A DNA stretch of 64,000 bases from Laetmonice hystrix (lineage: Eukaryota), in contig OZ249436.1 of NCBI GenBank assembly GCA_965235115.1, forward strand, positions 47,680,001-47,744,000. The letters run 5' to 3'. The position numbers were made by a program, and so were the translations under genes. Of the stretch, positions 38,019-52,051 are shown in pieces. Position 1 is the first letter of the stretch; each line of letters begins with the position of its first letter. The notes under the pieces are model-generated. The model was not told the DNA's origin and ran no database searches. It was given only the letters and a program-made list of their open reading frames with translations.

Positions 38019-38273
38019 CTCCCGGGAAGGTCAGAGGTCAACGATCTCAGTCGGCTGAACTCATACGTAACCGAATACCTGAAGCATATTCAAGTGTTCC
38101 CAGGAAATCTTGACTGCTTCTCCACTTGTGTTGGACAACTACAGCTTTGTGCGTACCATGCTGTAGGGTCCTTGGCATGTTCTTAGCATGCCTGTCATGG
38201 AAGAAATGTTCGCTTCTTGACATGACAGATCCTGTCGGAATGCAGACTGTTCATCGTGCCTGTCATTTCTCTG

Positions 38274-38399
38274 GGGCCCGTCTCACTAAGGCTGGTTAAT
38301 AACCAGAGCAGTGAATGGGTGCTGTAACCAGCAGCCTTCCATTCACTCCTATGTTATTGTAACGATCTGGTTATTAACCAGCCTTAGTGAGACGGGCCC
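38274..38399. mobile_element. Short palindromic MITE (Harbinger/Tourist-like GGGCCC terminus)
   Basis: Perfect ~34-bp TIR GGGCCCGTCTCACTAAGGCTGGTTAATAACCAGA. Confidence 0.8.
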
Positions 38400-38766
38400 G
38401 TACCGAAATACACAACAGTCTGTTGTTTAGTATGATTATTAATAATTCTATTAAATCTATTACTTATTATCGCAACTTTCTTTTGGGGGACTGTAGATTA
38501 ATAAAAAAAAAAGAAAAAAAATCCTTGAGAGTGTTATTATAACTGACATGATGAAGGTCCTGCCACCTGATTAAAGTGGGCCTAAAAATGTTCAGCAATC
38601 AGAAATTTGAACCGGCTGTCACATTCCCAAGGATATTTACTATAATTTGACGGCGAGGAGAGCCCTGTATGTTGTATCATTCTGATGTATCCGCTCGGTA
38701 AACTTCTTTACCAACCTGTGTCAGTTATATCAACGTTACTCCGCCTACAGTTTCATCTTCCCAGTA

Positions 38767-39134
38767 ATGATTTCTGACACACACGTACTGCTGTAGTAAA
38801 TCCCCAGAAGTTTCTTGGAATATCTATGACAGATCTATAACAGGTGTATGTGTATGTGTGTGGGTGTCTGCATGTAACGAGTTGATGATGATTTCTGACA
38901 CACACGTACTGCTGTAGTAAATCCCCAGAAGTTTCTTGGAATATCTATGACAGATCTATAACAGGTGTATGTGTATGTGTGTGGGTGTCTGCATGTAACG
39001 AGTTGATGATGATTTCTGACACACACGTACTGCTGTAGTAAATCCCCAGAAGTTTCTTGGAATATCTATGACAGATCTATAACAGGTGTATGTGTATGTG
39101 TGTGGGTGTCTGCATGTAACGAGTTGATGATGAT
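38767..39134. repeat. Tandem triplication, 121-bp unit
   Basis: atgatttctgacacacacgtactgc...gcatgtaacgagttgatg three times, essentially identical. Confidence 0.95.
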
Positions 39135-41062
39135 GAGGTCTGTGACCTCTGACCTTTGACCTAGCTTTATGACTGCTAGACCATGTAGACTTTGGCACAC
39201 CCGTAGATTAGCAGCCTCCGAGGTCAATGGCGACAACCTGGATAGGTGCCAAGGTATAAAGGTACACAGCTGTAAACTCCATGATGCTATTGTCACAATG
39301 TGTCCTTGCCGGGGAAGATTTGATCTATAGATGTAGCTCGATCCTATAGTATAAACAACCGGACGGTAACGAATAAAAGATTAGGCACAGTGGCTAAGCC
39401 ATTCGTGTCTCCAATACTTTCATCATCATGAACTCTGGACATGAGCAGTATAAATATTTGATTTTTCTCCTAAAAAATATTTTATTTTTTCCGCTAAAGC
39501 TGGCCTAGAGATGCTGACACTCAGGGTGTACGATTATTTATCACTAACATTCAGAGCTCTGGAGTGTTTGCCGTACTGAGTTCCCGTACCGACACAGTCA
39601 GTATGATGATACAAATCACGGAGAGCGACTAGTGGCTCCATCTGACGTCATTTTACGTCAAACACCTTCTCCGATTCCATCTTACTTCACCCCAGGTTTT
39701 TTTCAAACACTTATCTTATATAACCCACCGTATATCTCTACACACTCACCTGGCAGGTGGAGGAGGGCCCACAGGTGATAAACCCTCACAGGTACGAGTA
39801 AATAAACCGTACAGAGCGGTGGGGTAGTCCATAGAGCGACTCCGCAAAGCCTGCCACTCCAGCCACCCTTAAGGGCCAGCGACTAAAGTAAAGCGATTGT
39901 CCTTGCGATGTCCATGCGATTTTGACATTGATCACCCTTTTATTTTACTGCGATTTTCAGATTAATGGATGGTACCCATTTCCTGAATCAGGGAAGGCCT
40001 GCCAGAAAAGATCTCAGAATGGAATTCCACCTTTAAATCAGAAATCGCATGGCCGTCGCACGGGAAATCGCCTTAGTGGATCCGGTACACTGTTAGATTT
40101 ATAATGATCGTGGTTCATATAAACGGTGTATTTACAACTATCTGTATCTGTTATTTCAGTTTCAACATATGTTACACTGAAAGCAAGCATGATGATGTCA
40201 GATCTGGATCGCCTTGCTCCGACCAGCACCTCACGGCACACGGTACCCCCACCTCTACCCTCGGGCAGGCTGGCGGCGTGATTTATGGTTTACTAGCGGT
40301 GAATACGACATAAATCCCACAGAAAGGTCCAGGCCAGGTCCCAGGTCAACCCCCAACCACTCACCGGTAAAACCTACACCGACCTGTCGACCTTGACTGA
40401 TGGACTGATACCCACCGACTGGGAGGCAGCCTTTTCAAATCATAAAATCTCGCTTAGGCTTTAAAAGCTTTGGACCCGATTCTAATTGGATAAACTTAGT
40501 TAAGATCTTGCTTAAGCTTACGCTTAAGCTTAACGCTTCTGACTGGCTGGTGTAACCGAACTGGGCCTGGACTGATGAACGACCTGCAGGGACGAGCTTG
40601 CTGTCTGTGGTCTGGACTGTCGGACTACATCTGTGTGTACCCGAGTACCTGTACTCACCAGCCGCCAGTCTGTGGCCAGGATCGAAGGGGTAATTTCATC
40701 CTGACCACTAGGGGGCCTGTGAACTTTGACCTCATTCTCTGGAGATGATACGGTCTGATCATGAACCTGGGTGCTTAAACGTTCACCTGACCGAGCCTCA
40801 CAAAAAACACAAATAGATCGGGTCAAGGGTCAAGGGTTAACGATGGGCCTGGTTCATGTCATCTGAACGAAATTAGGTCAGATGATTCTGGGACTGACCA
40901 GGATTGACTGACCCGGGTCTGACCAGGATTGACTGACCGGGACTGACCAGGATTGACTGATCCGTTAACCTTCAGGTCCCTGTCAACTAGACACACACAC
41001 GGTCAATACGGTCTGACGTGTTGCTTCCCCCATGGTACCACCCATGAAATCTCAGGTCTGAT

Positions 41063-41478
41063 GTTAGCGGTTCTTACCACCAACTTTCTGACTGAAGTTA
41101 GCGATTCTGACCACCAACTTTCTGACTGAAGTTAGCGATTCTGACCACCAACTTTTTGACTGAAGTTAGCGGTTCTTACCACCAACTTTCTGACTGAAGT
41201 TAGCAGTTCTGACCACCAACTTTCTGACTGAAGTTAGCGGTTCTGACCACCAACTTTCTGACTGAAGTTAGCGGTTCTTATCACCAACTTTCTGATTGAA
41301 GTTAGCGCTTCTGACCACAACTTTCTGACTGAAGTTAGCGGTTCTTACCACCAACTTTCTGACTGAAGTTAGCCGTTCTGACCACCAACTTTCTGACTGA
41401 AGTTAGCCGTTCTGACCACCAACTTTCTGACTGAAGTTAGCGGTTCTTACCACCAATTTCTGACTGAAGTTCTTACCG
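41063..41478. repeat. Minisatellite, 34-bp unit, ~12 copies
   Basis: Unit ttagcggttctgaccaccaactttctgactgaag. Confidence 0.95.
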
Positions 41479-42601
41479 CCAATCGTGGATATGTTACCAT
41501 GGGGATCGACCTGTGTTTTCTAGTGCTGAATGTGCCCGGCAGGTGGCGTGGTTACAATCCGGGGCAGACTGTCGGTGTCCAGGCTATAACTGAACCATGA
41601 CCTGAGGGTGAAACCCCCTGTTAGCACCCCCTGCTGTGAATGATCTGAAAGGCCTGGCCCTTTTATACACTGAGACAGGCTCATGCAGGAATGGCTGCCA
41701 TTATACAATGTCCTTTCTATCTCCTTGGTTACCCCACCAAGTCCGGATGTGTCTGTGATGAAAGGTTGGTGATCTTATGTTAAATTGATAGCGTTGGGTG
41801 AGGCGATCGCTGACTATGGATGTGATCAAGATACTGTATTGCTGTATATAAAGATCATCAATAGTAACCTCTGAACGATAACTAGTGGCGCGTGCTAAGA
41901 ATATCACCTAATATTACCTAAGAATAATAGCCCCCTGATCTAACGCTAACCTCAGTCCCAACACCTCTAAACAAAATTGTTAGCTGATGATACGATTTTT
42001 AAAATTAAAAGGGGGGGGGGGGGAGGGAGATCAAAAACACTAGATAAAAATTTGGTCTCTTTTGACATGAATCTATTTTTATACGACCCCTAAGTGATGT
42101 GATGTAGACTGATTACATCTGGCCAACAAGCTAATTATTTCTGCTGTGAATGTAATGAGTCACAATCGCACAGAAATGAATTTCAAAGGTCAATGAATGA
42201 GCCGCAAATGACACATTCCAGAATGTTCTTTTTCCCCCCGCCACAGACTATGAATCATTCAACTCATAGTATAGAGCCAACCGACCTCAGGCCATTTATC
42301 TATAAACTTTTTAAAAACCATTGTGGTTACTCAAACAAACATAAAAGGGAATCTTGACTTTCAATTACAGCATGTGGGTCAGTGAGTCTGGACACACAGA
42401 CACATTATACTGCCGGATACGTCAACCTCTGTCCCCACTGGTCAATGGCTGACACAGATACAAACATCACTGTGTGTCGAAATCAAGCGAACAGGGTGAG
42501 AGTTTTTACTATAGGACCGCCAGGCTATTTGGTATCATGAAAACCAGCTCAAGTATACGGTAACTTTGGAAAGTTTGTTTGATTGCGACAACAGGCTTCT
42601 G

Positions 42602-42737
42602 GGCCCAGTTCGTAAAAACTTAAGCTCTTGCTTAAGCTTAAGCTTAAGACTTCCGATTGGCTGGCCTCAGTACATCAGCCAATCAGAAACGGTAAGCTTA
42701 AGCTTAAGCAAGATCTTAAGTTTTTACGAACTGGGCC
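42602..42737. mobile_element. Palindromic Harbinger-type MITE with CWG flanks; related fragments at ~24240-24288, ~40450-40548 and ~53150-53195
   Basis: CTG|GGCCCAGTTCGTAAAAACTTAAG ... CTTAAGTTTTTACGAACTGGGCC|CAG with internal (CTTAAG)n. Confidence 0.85.
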
Positions 42738-45451
42738 CAGATTGGCTGGTCTGCTTAGGCCAGCCAATCTGAAGCCTGTTACTAGTTAGTTTACTTAAAA
42801 GTAAGCTTTACTCAAGTTGAAAATTTTTGAGAAACTAGGCCCAGTTCTCCTCAGGTTCCTCAATTTTTGTTATACTAACTACAGAAAGGACATTTTACCA
42901 ATGAGACTAGACAGGTCTGTCTAGTCTCGTTGATTTTACGAAGTCCCTCCACAGCCCCTGGTAAGGGTCGGAAAGTATTTGACTTCGTTCACGACTTTCT
43001 CAGGATGATATGAAAACACCCTTGTGTCATGAAAATGTCGGTGAGCTACAAAGATTAACTTGGCCAGATTGCCGCTTTATGACTCACTTAAATATAGTTA
43101 AGGCTAACTACAATGTCACATTCAATCTCCTCAAGTCTAAAAAAACTGAACAAAATATCTTCCTTATTATACTTAAGATTCAGAACGATGTCCCCAAACT
43201 TGTTTATAGTCTCGACAACCAATCGACGTCAGACTTTCAGTCGGCGACGTTAGATGACTGGATTATGAATGGGACGTTAGAAATGAAGTCAGAAGGCCTT
43301 GTCTCCCGACATGTGTTACACAGAGTTCAAGTACAACCAACTGCTGGCGGCTTCACCTGTCGTCTAAGTCGATGTTAGGCAATGAATCTATTACAAAAAT
43401 ACTTCGGTCCATGTTTAACAAATCAAGAGCGTTGTCATTTCACCTAAACCAAAGTAGATCAAAAACGTCCAGTCTGTTTTAATGTGTCATCAGTTAAACC
43501 TAAGAAAAATGGAAAGGAAAAAAGGAGAAAGGAATGCCAGCATGAATATTTGTGTCATAAAGAGCTTGAAAACCTTCTCATGAAAAACAAATCAGTGCCA
43601 TAATGAACGCCAGAGGCAGTAAACATTAGCTTCAGATAGAGGATTTACAAACAACATTTGATGGTGATATAAGGTTGTCTACAGATGTCTGTCTCTCTCT
43701 GATAATGTGCTGGGGATCTGACAACTGTTGTGAGATGGTGACAGGTTGGTTTAATACTAATGTGATTGACTAACACCTGATCTACACTGAACTCCTACCA
43801 TTGACGTCAGAACACATCTTTTATCTGTTTGTTTCACAGGGGGCTGTGACACCGCCCTTCCTTGCCTTTCCCCTCCTAAGTTCATGAATGGTACAATCTG
43901 CCCTGTACGCTGTGTTCCATACACTACCGTCCTCAGAAATCAGTTCATTCTGTTCCCCAGACTTCAATAGTCCTGAAAGACTTCATACATATGATTTTTT
44001 TAGTCTTAACCCCAAAAAACCGATGTTCATCTAAGCGCGGAAATTGTACACCGACAAAAATAGTCATTATCGACCTTTAACGATCGGAACGAAGATGATG
44101 AAGGAGAGAGGTTTTTTTACGTGTGGATTTTTTAATCTTTGCTGAGAGCTGATGTTGGCAGACATTGGCATCCACTGAGTGAGCTGAGCGGTGGAATTCA
44201 ATCAATGATTAATGTCTATCACACCCAAAAACATAAAGCACCTCTTAGACATTGCTAATGAGGCATGCAATACGGTGTGTTTGAAGTGGTGAAAGGAGCC
44301 GGGATTGGGAATGGCTGTATACCATGATCACCGTCTTCTTTTACATCATCCCATTTTATTTTTATCCCACCACACATCATTAAAATATAGAATGTACTTG
44401 GTTTACTCAACACCCCGGATTCCGCTAGAAATGTAATGATCAGACTACCCGCTGGCTGTTGGCTGGGGGACGGGAGAGCAGATGTCCTCAGGAGACACAG
44501 TGACAGAGAACGGGTGGTTTTATTTAAAGGTTGAATATCACTTAGTCGTTTTGCCAAGCTGTCTTCCGTTTCGGGAAATTGGTTCCATCCATTAATTTAA
44601 AAACACACTGAAATAAAAGGCTGATTTCAAAATGGCAGACGTCGAACCGACACTCGCCTGCTAGGATTCGCCCCCAGGTTAATGACATCTTGACGGCCAC
44701 TGAGTGTGTATAAGGGATCCAGTCACACGTGCTAATGCTAATCACACCTTGAACTGGTAATCACACCTTCAACTGGTAATCACACCTTGAACTGGCAGAG
44801 TTATAATCAGATCCTCTCTGATATCACATACCTACCCTCACCATCTCACATTTTCTAATAGCTTTTGTAAGGAGATATTAATTCGTTAAGTCTCAGGTAA
44901 GGTTTAGGCGAACGCCTGAAGCGGCCCTGACATCGACTAGGACCAACCTTGTGAGATACATCATGGATGTCCACGAGAACAGGCTGAACGATATATTGAA
45001 ATCATTTTATAAAATACGGCTGACTCATACATCTCGTGATTTTTGTAATATCCTAGACTGATATGGCGCTGCTACCTCCGAGATACATCATTCAGTGATC
45101 GCATGTCGTTACCACTAACAGTTGGCCACCCGGAGCGGGTCTCCCATTGCATGATACAGGAGAATTCATAAACTCTCCCGATCCGCCAAATTATTCTAGG
45201 CACACACTGTTCGCTTCACTCATCAAATACGATATTTCAGACGTGTTCATGTGAAACCCCTTGATGCTCCTAAAAAAGAAAACTTGTGGAAATTTCTGGT
45301 CAGACTACTTCATTCTGACTTTTTAACTCCTCGAGTTTAAACCAGTCTTGGTCCCTCCTCTATAATGTCTACATGTACCTCATTTATAATGTTTTATACC
45401 ACGAGGTGTACGTCCTAGGACGTGCATACCCAGGGCGTCAGGTCCTGTACG

Positions 45452-46057
45452 CTTGTATCCCGCCAGAAACACCCCAGCCAGACGGGTAGTCCCCCACCCC
45501 TGCTTGTATCCCGCCAGTAACACCCCAGCCAGCCGGGTAATCCCCCACCCCGACCAGCCCTGCTTGTATCCCGCCAGTAACACCCAGCCAGGCAGGTAGT
45601 CCCCCACCCCGATCAGCCCCGCCAGTAACACCCCAGCCAGACGGGTAGTGACTAGTCCCCCACCCCGACCAGCCCCGCCAGTAACACCCAGCCAGCCGGG
45701 TAGTCCCCCACCCCGATCAGCCCCGCCAGTAACACCCAGCCAGCCGGGTAGTGACTAGTCCCCCACCCCGACCAGCCCCGCCAGTAACACCCAGCCAGCC
45801 GGGTAGTGACTAGTCCCCCACCCCGACCAGCCCCGCCAGTAACACCCAGCCAGCCGGGTAGTGACTAGTCCCCCACCCCGACCAGCCCCGCCAGTAACAC
45901 CCAGCCAGCCGGGTAGTGACTAGTCCCCCACCCCGACCAGCCCCGCCAGTAACACCCCAGCCAGCCGGGTAGTGACTAGTCCCCCACCCCGACCAGCCCC
46001 GCCAGTAACACCCCAGCCAGCCGGGTAGTGACCAGTCCCCCACCCCGACCAGCCCCG
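45452..46057. repeat. C-rich minisatellite, ~55-bp unit, ~11 copies
   Basis: Unit ccccgccagtaacacccagccagccgggtagtgactagtcccccaccccgaccag. Confidence 0.95.
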
Positions 46058-48073
46058 ATATACAGACAGCCTTGCCACCCATCACTCCCTGAATGACCAT
46101 CAATATCCCGGGAGTACACGACAAGCCCCAAGGACAAATCTATCCGTCAACTTCATGGGTTTTCATCATTCTACCAGCGATGATCTGTCAGTTCACTTAC
46201 CGACAGTGATATTCTTCCTACCACTGACCAGTCCGGGGAGAGTTTGGTTACTTTACGTCCTTTCAGCAACTGTCTGCATTCGTCAGGACGGAAACACGTC
46301 TTTCCCTGGTGATGATGATTTATGAAACCCGCACACAGGGACAAGGCTTACTTTATTTGCAACACTGCATAGACACAGCGTTACACGCTCGGAGTTGTAA
46401 GGAACACTGCGTACAAAGGGAGGATTCATATCTACAAGGGGGAGCACTAGCACCCCTGTCCCATTTTCCCTGGAGAGAGAGAATCCATTGGCCATTAATT
46501 ACCAATCAGAGACGTAAACGATCTAAACCACCTTCCTATTATTTCACCCAAAGTAAGTTCTAGTCACCCGCTAAAACACACGACCACCAACTCTACGTAA
46601 ACTTGCACCTGATATCTATGGGTGGTTCTACTCCGTTAAAGATGGATTCATCTAGTACATACAATGTATTTGATTTGTATCTGATGTCCAGGCCCTCCGA
46701 CACCTCTGGCCCCCTAGCGGTGACAGCTGACACCACCCGGCGAGTGCTGACCGTCAGCTGACCGTGCAGAAGACGAACCAGCCAAATCCCCAGGCTACAG
46801 TTGAAACCTGAAAGGTTTTTCATGTGATCAGATCCACGACTAGATATCCCCCTTCTCTACCACACGGCTGTCCACACTGACCCAAAACAACGGGACATGG
46901 CCAGCAGAGAGCCTTGAATAAGTCCCAGGACTTCACGATTTGAATAAAACCAACATTTACTCGTTCTATGTTCAACCATCGAGCCATCTGCAGACTCTTG
47001 AAGGGCTACATCCCCCGGGGTAAGGTAAACTCCACGAAATTTGGTCGAAAGTAAAGATCCATAGCCTAGACCTTATCCCTAACTACTCACCCCGGTCCCT
47101 ACACGTCCCAAAAACATATCCCTATCCTATCCCTGACCTTAATCCGAACCCCAACTCAAAAATGCTGTCTAGAAGTTACCATGGGGGGATAACCCTTGAA
47201 GAATGCTTTATTTTCTTTCTTTTTTTTCACTGCAAATCAAATAAACTAGGTCAGAAGGCTTTATACCTTGGCCCTGTTCTTAAAGATTCGATATTCAACC
47301 GAGGTACGATAGTATTTATTAGTAGGATGTGTGGGTCTCCTCTTGGCTAGATAAGCTATTCGCGGATTATCTTCACCAGTACGCTGTAACTGTATTTTCA
47401 TCAATCTACCACAGTTATTTTAATCTGCCTAAACCGAACTAGATCTAGCAGGAATCAACCTCTCCAGTTTCTGTTTTTGGCGGACCCTAATCCCTCTCTG
47501 AGTCTGGCTCATCCCTGCATGAAGTTAATCTACCAGTCAGTGATCCGATGACTGCACCACGTTGGAGTCCTAACGGGACTGATGTCATTTAGAGAACGCC
47601 ACAACCACGCCATTGCTACGACTTCCCCAAGGTGTCCTTATTCTCGGTACAATTCCCATGGTAACCATTCCCATGGTAACCATCCCCATGGTAACCACCC
47701 CCTTAGTAACTCTTCCAGGAAATATGGTGTTAAAAAAAATACAATTTATCACTCTTTCCAACCCTAGGTGTGGGAAACGAATCATTCGATTTATGTACAA
47801 TTTTCTTCATGTGAAAACTGCTAGTAAAGGAGACTGAGTGACCGTCGGTCTACTGTCACGCCACCTCGGGGCCGGATGGTCAACCACCCACCACCCAGCA
47901 CCGGACGTGTAGGTCCTCCCCAATTGGTATATTGATTACATTCTACACCAACCGACCCTTTATGGGACTATTTTCTATCCATATTCATGTCCAGTGGATG
48001 TAGATTCCGTTCTCAGCCATGGACGAGTCATTGGTTTGACGTCAGAACGATCCAGATAACGTGGACAACTCCG

Positions 48074-48306
48074 GACATGATTTGTGACATAGTTCATCTC
48101 CCTGTGTGACCGCTGATTGTGACATGATTTGTGACATAGTTCATCTCCCTGTGTGACCGCTGATTGTGACATGATTTGTGACATAGTTCATCTCCCTGTG
48201 TGACCGCTGATTGTGACATGATTTGTGACATAGTTCATCTCCCTGTGTGACCGCTGATTGTGACATGATTTGTGACATAGTTCATCTCCCTCTGTGACCG
48301 CTGATT
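48074..48306. repeat. Minisatellite, 47-bp unit, 5 copies
   Basis: Unit gacatgatttgtgacatagttcatctccctgtgtgaccgctgattgt. Confidence 0.95.
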
Positions 48307-48584
48307 CCGTTCCAATAAATATCGAGTTTACCAATTATCCCTGGCACCGAGTGAGCAAGCCGTACAGTATGGAACAGATGTGTCAATGGAGGCAATCATG
48401 TTACACACGGCCTGACATGTGTCAATTCTTCCCCCTATTGTTTTATTATGACGGACAGTAGGTCACACAGTTATGTATGTAGGTCAAACTTGTCCCGATA
48501 ATGTACTCTCATGTGTGCCGCACTGCCAGCAACCTGTCACACAGACTTCTCAATCCCTCATGGTGACATATTCATGAACTTAGG

Positions 48585-48830
48585 CAGGGTCCCCAGCGTT
48601 TTGTGAAAATCAAATTCCCTGAGTTTTCACCGAGATTCCCCTGATAAATTTCCAAAACTCATGAGAAATATTTTGTGTTTTATAGGTAACATAGCCGACT
48701 ATAATGGTTTGGAGAGGTGTATTCATCACAACTTAGGACACACTAAAGATGCACACACCACAATGAATTACCTGATGAAACCTTTTCCCTTCTGGGTCAC
48801 TGTCAAATTCCATGTTTTATGTTTTCCCTC
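48585..48830. mobile_element. Degenerate hAT-like MITE relic running into the 37-bp array
   Basis: Begins CAGGGTCCCCAG with repeated (aaa)ttccctga/ttttccct subterminal motifs near both ends; right TIR not recognisable. Confidence 0.4.
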
Positions 48831-51393
48831 AGGGACTGGCCAAACTGTGGTCTGTATATGTTCATCCAGGGACTGGTCAAACTGTGGTCTGTATATGTCC
48901 ACCCAGGGACTGGTCAAACTGTGGTCTGTATATGTCCACCCAGGGACTGGTCAAACTGTGGTCTGTATATGTTCACCCAGGGACTGGTCAAACTGTGGTC
49001 TGTATATGTCCACCCAGGGACTGGTCAAACTGTGGTCTGTATATGTTCACCCAGGGACTGGTCAAACTGTGGTCTGTATATGTTCACCCAGGGACTGGTC
49101 AAACTGTGGTCTGTATATGTCCACCCAGGGACTGGTCAAACTGTGGTCTGTATATGTCCACCCAGGGACTGGTCAAACTGTGGTCTGTATATGTCCACCC
49201 AGGGACTGGTCAAACTGTGGTCTGTATATGTTCATCCAGGGACTGGTCAAACTGTGGTCTGTATATGTCCACCCAGGGACTGGTCAAACTGTGGTCTGTA
49301 TATGTCCACCACGGGACTGGTCAAACTGTGGTCTGTATATGTTCACCCAGGGACTGGTCAAACTGTGGTCTGTATATGTCCACCCAGGGACTGGTCAAAC
49401 TGTGGTCTGTATATGTTCACCCAGGGACTGGTCAAACTGTGGTCTGTATATGTTCACCCAGGGACTGGTCAAACAGTGGTCTGTATATGTCCACCACGGG
49501 ACTGGTCAAACTGTGGTCTGTATATGTTCACCCAGGGACTGGTCAAACTGTGGTCTGTATATGTCCACCCAGGGACTGGTCAAACTGTGGTCTGTATATG
49601 TCCACCCAGGGACTGGTCAAACTGTGGTCTGTATATGTCCACCCAGGGACTGGTCAAACTGTGGTCTGTATATGTCCACCCAGGGACTGGTCAAACTGTG
49701 GTCTGTATATGTCCACCCAGGGACTGGTCAAACTGTGGTCTGTATATGTCCACCCAGGGACTGGTCAAACTGTGGTCTGTATATGTCCACCCAGGGACTG
49801 GTCAAACTGTGGTCTGTATATGTCCACCCAGGGACTGGTCAAACTGTGGTCTGTATATGTTCACCCAGGGACTGGTCAAACTGTGGTCTGTATATGTCCA
49901 CCCAGGGACTGGTCAAACTGTGGTCTGTATATGTTCACCCAGGGACTGGTCAAACTGTGGTCTGTATATGTTCACCCAGGGACTGGTCAAACTGTGGTCT
50001 GTATATGTCCACCCAGGGACTGGTCAAACTGTGGTCTGTATATGTCCACCCAGGGACTGGTCAAACTCTGGTCTGTATATGTCCACCCAGGGACTGGTCA
50101 AACTGTGGTCTGTATATGTCCACCCAGGGACTGGTCAAACTGTGGTCTGTATATATGTCCACCCAGGGACTGGTCAAACTGTGGTCTGTATATGTCCACC
50201 CAGGGACTGGTCAAACTGTGGTCTGTATATGTTCACCCAGGGACTGGTCAAACTGTGGTCTGTATATGTTCACCCAGGGACTGGTCAAACAGTGGTCTGT
50301 ATATGTCCACCCAGGGACTGGTCAAACTGTGGTCTGTATATGTTCACCCAGGGACGGGTCAAACTGTGGTCTGTATATGTCCACCCAGGGACTGGTCAAA
50401 CTGTGGTCTGTATATGTTCACCCAGGGACTGGTCAAACTCTGGTCTGTATATGTCCACCCAGGGACTGGTCAAACTGTGGTCTGTATATGTTCACCCAGG
50501 GACTGGTCAAACTGTGGTCTGTATATGTCCACCCAGGGACTGGTCAAACTGTGGTCTGTATATGTCCACCCAGGGACGGGTCAAACTGTGGTCTGTATAT
50601 GTCCACCCAGGGACTGGTCAAACTGTGGTCTGTATATGTCCACCCAGGGACTGGTCAAACTGTGGTCTGTATATGTCCACCCAGGGACTGGTCAAACTGT
50701 GGTCTGTATATGTCCACCCAGGGACTGGTCAAACTGTGGTCTGTATATGTTCATCCAGGGACTGGTCAAACTGTGGTCTGTATATGTCCACCCAGGGACT
50801 GGTCAAACTGTGGTCTGTATATGTCCACCCAGGGACTGGTCAAACTGTGGTCTGTATATGTCCACCCAGGGACTGGCCAAACTGTGGTCTGTATATGTCC
50901 ACCCAGGGACTGGTCAAACTGTGGTCTGTATATGCTCACCCAGGGACTGGTCAAACTGTGGTCTGTATATGTCCACCCAGGGACTGGTCAAACTGTGGTC
51001 TGTATATGTCCACCCAGGGACTGGTCAAACTGTGGTCTGTATATGTTCACCCAGGGACTGGTCAATCTGTGGTCTGTATATGTCCACCGATCGCAGGGAC
51101 TGGTCAAACTGTGGTCTGTATATATGTTCACCCAGGGACTGGTCAAACTGTGGTCTGCATATGTCCACCCAGGGACTGGTCAAACTGTGGTCTGTATATG
51201 TCCACCACGGGACTGGTCAAACTGTGGTCTGTATATGTCCACCCAGGGACTGGTCAAACTGTGGTCTGTATATGTCCACCCAGGGACTGGTCAAACTGTG
51301 GTCTGTATATGTTCACCCAGGGACTGGTCAAACTGTGGTCTGTATATATGTCCACCCAGGGACTGGTCAAACTGTGGTCTGTATATGTCCACC
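48830..51393. repeat. Minisatellite, 37-bp unit, ~69 copies (largest array in the window)
   Basis: Unit cagggactggtcaaactgtggtctgtatatgt(c/t)cacc; has no stop codon on the + strand, which produces three ~900-aa artefact ORFs. Confidence 0.98.
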
Positions 51394-52051
51394 TAATAGT
51401 GGTTCCCATATCGGATACACCGAAAAATTCACCATACCCTGACCTACAAGTAACATAAGTTTGTGATAGCGATTTTATCTCAGAGGCTAGCTCTCCATAA
51501 ACCAGGCACTTGGTACTCCAACTGCCTTACTTTTAGAAAACGAAAATACAACTGCAGGCCATGAGATACTGAAATGGTTTCTTTAAACTCTCTGCTGGAA
51601 TCGGGCGATAACGTTGGCTAACTCCATGCAAGACTTCCGCAGCACCGGGGATTGTAAAAAAAAACGTTTAAAATACTAACATACGGGCAGGACATCTTAC
51701 ATTATCTCTCAGACGAGCTCCCTTGGCTTGCCTATCCCCACCATTGCCAATGCAATATGCCATATGAAATCTTAGATTTTGCATCAACATTTCGCAGTTT
51801 TCCAGTGATGACGTTATGAAATCAAAGCGTCCTCTACGCTGACATTTTTCATGGCGACTGCCAAATTTGCGCCCACATATTACTGCCCACAAATTCCCAC
51901 GCCCTGCACAGCTCGAGCCGAGACAGCTGGGACCGGCCTGTGTGAGGGCTTTACAGCTCATGAATAAAGATACACGGTCACGAGAATGGAGTCTGGTCCG
52001 GAGGTTTGGCAGGCGATCCGTACGGTCCTTGAGGCACTCACTGACGGGAGA

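Noticed and set aside
16415..40600. Hammerhead ribozymes at CTGATGA motifs (e.g. ~16418, ~24389, ~40572)
   Set aside because: No properly spaced stem II plus GAAA and cleavage triplet could be assembled by eye.
42899..42932. 16-bp-arm hairpin as a terminator or Helitron 3' end
   Set aside because: Eukaryotic context, no U-tract and no downstream CTRR terminus; probably a small repeat relic.
48661..51458. Three overlapping ORFs of 876-911 aa
   Set aside because: All three frames are open only because the 37-bp unit has no stop codon; 37 is not a multiple of 3 and each frame gives the same permuted peptide.
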